DNA of 64,000 nucleotides. Origin: Pseudomonadota bacterium (lineage in GTDB: Bacteria; Campylobacterota; Campylobacteria; Campylobacterales; Sulfurimonadaceae). Shown here one piece after another: positions 61,368-64,000 of the stretch (within the stretch, counting starts at the first letter, position 1; each line of letters starts with the position of its first letter). The stretch lies in the NCBI GenBank assembly GCA_043797085.1, contig JAZDQA010000014.1, positions 96,001 to 160,000 of the forward strand. The letters run 5' to 3'. The notes under the pieces are model-generated. The model was not told where the DNA came from. It saw only the letters and a program-made list of their open reading frames with translations, and searched no databases. The translations under genes were made by a program, and so were the position numbers.

Positions 61368-62461
61368 GCCACCCCTTTTTTTACTGAATTTATTCGCGAT
61401 TTTATCCAAAACGAGCTTAGATGAAGCGTACTAATGAGCGCAAGTATTCCAATAGGAACCATAATTCCAGCTTCCGGAGAGAGTGTTTTGTTGTTTGCGA
61501 GCTCACCGCTCATAAAGAGCAGTCCCCATACAACCAACGTTATCAAGATGGAACCAAAACTGTATAAAGAAAGATTGCTAAAACGTGAACTCATAGGAAC
61601 ATAGGTATAAATAAGAATAATCATCATTAGCGCAAACCATGGTGTCAAAAAATTACGATACAAAGAACTTTTTACTTTTGAAAGATCAACATTTTGGGAT
61701 TCCAACAGCTTCATAGCATCCAAAGCATCAACAATCGTATAATTTACTTTACCTTCATAAATCTGATCCAAAATTTTAGGTCTAAAATCGTGCAATACCC
61801 GAATATTTTCGACATCGCGTATCGTAATTCCTTCTCCTTTTAAATTCAATGCTGCAGGCGGACGGATTATGTGAGCACGTTTGATATTCCAATAATGATC
61901 TTTATAATAGGCATCTTGTGCACTTAGCACTTCTTTAAACTTTCCCTTTTCAAAACTAAATACCCGTATGGTATGCGCCTCTTGGCTCATGGGATTGAGT
62001 GTTCCAAAAAAAATATAATTTCCTTCGTGGGTAAAAAATAAATTATTAGTTGGGGTCAAAAACTGTGATGATTCACGCAAATTATCCGCGTATTCATTTG
62101 CTCTGGCGAAAGAAGTCGCGTGTGCGGCGATATAAGCGCTAATGAGTGTAACCACGACAAAAAGAATGGGGGACAGCACCTTCATTCGAGAATAGCCAAG
62201 GGCATAAAAAGAGGTCAAGGCATTGGAACGGATGAGCTCGATAATCGTCGCAATAAAAGCAAATACTAATGAAATAGGCATCATCATATCCAAAGCATAA
62301 AGCCATTTATACATGCCATAGATGATAACTAAGTTTGCAGAAGAGGGGAGAGCTTCTCCGTTATTGAGCATATCAAATCCGAGCATAAATCCAGTCAGTG
62401 CTATAACAATAATCAGACAATAACGAAGGTATAAAAACGATACCGTTTTAAAAAAAAGCAT
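61364..62461 (-). CDS. LptF/LptG family LPS export permease
   Basis: Six-TM layout with periplasmic domain, RSNALTSFYALGYS motif; between pth and lysA. Confidence 0.85.
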   Translation of the reverse strand: MLFFKTVSFLYLRYCLIIVIALTGFMLGFDMLNNGEALPSSANLVIIYGMYKWLYALDMMMPISLVFAFIATIIELIRSNALTSFYALGYSRMKVLSPILFVVVTLISAYIAAHATSFARANEYADNLRESSQFLTPTNNLFFTHEGNYIFFGTLNPMSQEAHTIRVFSFEKGKFKEVLSAQDAYYKDHYWNIKRAHIIRPPAALNLKGEGITIRDVENIRVLHDFRPKILDQIYEGKVNYTIVDALDAMKLLESQNVDLSKVKSSLYRNFLTPWFALMMIILIYTYVPMSSRFSNLSLYSFGSILITLVVWGLLFMSGELANNKTLSPEAGIMVPIGILALISTLHLSSFWIKSRINSVKKGVA

Positions 62462-62490
62462 ACAAAAACCTAGTAACTAAATGGTCTTTA

Positions 62491-63045
62491 TTATAGCGTT
62501 AAACCTTTGATAGAACACTTTGATGAAACTTCATTGCACTCTGACACAAGTAATAATTCTACGGCATCTGCAGCTTTACCAATCCACTCTTTTAGATGAA
62601 CTTCTTCAAGAGGAGAAAAAGGGTGTAAAACATAATCAGCTACTTGAGACTTATGCTCAGGTTTGCCAATCCCCATTCGGACACGAATATAATCTGCCCC
62701 AATAGCGCTATCGGCTGATTTTAGACCATTGTGCCCTCCATGTCCGCCACCCGTTTTAAAACGAAGTGCACCAAAAGGAAGATCTAAATCATCATGAATG
62801 ACAATGACCTCATCGATCTTATAAAAGTTTTTAACTGCAAGGATTGATTTACCGGAAAGATTCATATAGGTTGTAGGCTTAAGAAGAAAATGTCCACCCA
62901 TTTTAAACAATTCCCCATAAAAGGAACTCTTTGAAACATCATGAACAGTATGGCGACGGCATAGCTCGTCGATGACCCTAAATCCAATATTATGACGCGT
63001 GAGAGTATACGCCGCTCCAGGATTTCCCAGACCGACGATTAACAT
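62491..63045 (-). CDS. pth: Peptidyl-tRNA hydrolase
   Basis: LIVGLGNPG, TRHNIG, KPTTYMNLSG, HDDLD, GGHNG. Confidence 0.97.
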   Translation of the reverse strand: MLIVGLGNPGAAYTLTRHNIGFRVIDELCRRHTVHDVSKSSFYGELFKMGGHFLLKPTTYMNLSGKSILAVKNFYKIDEVIVIHDDLDLPFGALRFKTGGGHGGHNGLKSADSAIGADYIRVRMGIGKPEHKSQVADYVLHPFSPLEEVHLKEWIGKAADAVELLLVSECNEVSSKCSIKGLTL

Positions 63046-63047
63046 AC

Positions 63048-63584
63048 TTATTTTGCTTTAATGATACTTAGAACTGATACGCGGTCCGCATCAGTAAAGG
63101 TAACATTTGCAACACTTGCAACATCACGAACCAATACAGAATCGCCCAAATCAAGTGGTGCTACATTGATTTCAATTGCGTTTGGCAAGTTTTCGATTGC
63201 CGCTTTAACGCGAAGACGTTTTTTAGCAACAAATAACATCCCTTTGTTTTTTAAACCGATTGGAGTTCCTACAGGCTTAACAGGGATATTATAATGAGCT
63301 ACAAGACCAGTTTGTGCTACCATCAAATCAACGTGCAACAAGTTTCCAGAAACCGGATGAGACTCATATCCTTGAACAACAAGGTTCATCTCTTTACCCG
63401 CAATACTAACAGGAAATGCAATACTCTCTTTATTACGAACAGTACGGATAAAATCGTTCATTTTGAACGCAGCATTGATATTCTCAAGCCCTTTTCCGTA
63501 TATGTTTGCAATAAGATAACCATCACGGCGAAGCGCTTTTGTTGCAGGCTTGCCAATACTCTCTCTAAGAATGCCTTCTAGCAT
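63048..63584 (-). CDS. rplY: 50S ribosomal protein L25/Ctc
   Basis: KALRRDG, ANIYGKG, HPV...HVD, LPNAIEI. Confidence 0.93.
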   Translation of the reverse strand: MLEGILRESIGKPATKALRRDGYLIANIYGKGLENINAAFKMNDFIRTVRNKESIAFPVSIAGKEMNLVVQGYESHPVSGNLLHVDLMVAQTGLVAHYNIPVKPVGTPIGLKNKGMLFVAKKRLRVKAAIENLPNAIEINVAPLDLGDSVLVRDVASVANVTFTDADRVSVLSIIKAK

Positions 63585-63654
63585 AGTGTGTCCTTTGGAA
63601 ATAAAAATGAGGCGAATTATACTTAAAAATTGTTTAAAATACTATAAATTTTAT

Positions 63655-64000
63655 TTACCCTTTTAGCCCGATAAATTCTTCTTCTCTAAATTCTTTGGGC
63701 TCATCTTCTTTTCCGATTTGATTTTTATCAATCGTTCCTGCCATTCCTTCCATACGAAGCTTTAAATCCGATGCCGAAGTAGCGTATGCGAGAGCATCTT
63801 CACGAGAAATTCGTCCTGCTAAATAAAGGTCTAAAATCCCCTGATCAAAGGTTTGTGATTTATACAGTTCTTTTCCCTCTGCAATCGTATCAGGAATTTC
63901 AATATCACGATTTTCCGCAATCAGCTGTTCAATACGTGCAGTCCGGACCAACACTTCCAATGCTGCAACCCTCTTCCCATCCACTGTAGGGATAAGGCGT
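63655..64000 (-). CDS. PilT/PilU family ATPase, C-terminal part (5' end outside window)
   Basis: RLIPTVDGKRVAALEVL, QTFDQ, ISREDALAYA. Confidence 0.8.
   Translation of the reverse strand, partial: RLIPTVDGKRVAALEVLVRTARIEQLIAENRDIEIPDTIAEGKELYKSQTFDQGILDLYLAGRISREDALAYATSASDLKLRMEGMAGTIDKNQIGKEDEPKEFREEEFIGLKG

Overview
64-kb chromosomal window from a free-living Campylobacterota (epsilonproteobacterial) genome. Gene order (pyrH-rpoZ-spoT-tyrS; cbpA-hspR; serS-pflB; cheY-prmA-ftsH-psd-like-pssA; rplY-pth-lptG-lysA-HAD-pheA-hisC-fliFGH-dxs) matches Campylobacter-type synteny. A Sulfuricurvum/Sulfurimonas-like host is inferred, not proven. Most of the window is housekeeping. Accessory highlights: (1) a 5.4-kb element integrated in tRNA-Pro(GGG) between perfect 56-bp direct repeats. 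It encodes a tyrosine integrase, an excisionase-like protein, a small HTH regulator with three phased operators, a serine resolvase with a res-like site, a Rep_trans-like initiator with a pT181-like CT/AA nick hairpin, and two envelope cargo genes. (2) A DUF2946/CruR-like His/CxxC leader peptide ending in RSPP upstream of a TonB-dependent receptor. (3) A methyltransferase-less ovoA (5-histidylcysteine sulfoxide synthase) operon with a C-S lyase, a DUF4010 membrane protein and a flavin-barrel protein. (4) An uncharacterised two-gene module of a cytoplasmic trypsin/Zn-ribbon protease and a partner. No CRISPR array or rRNA was seen. All protein calls come from motif recognition, not database searches.
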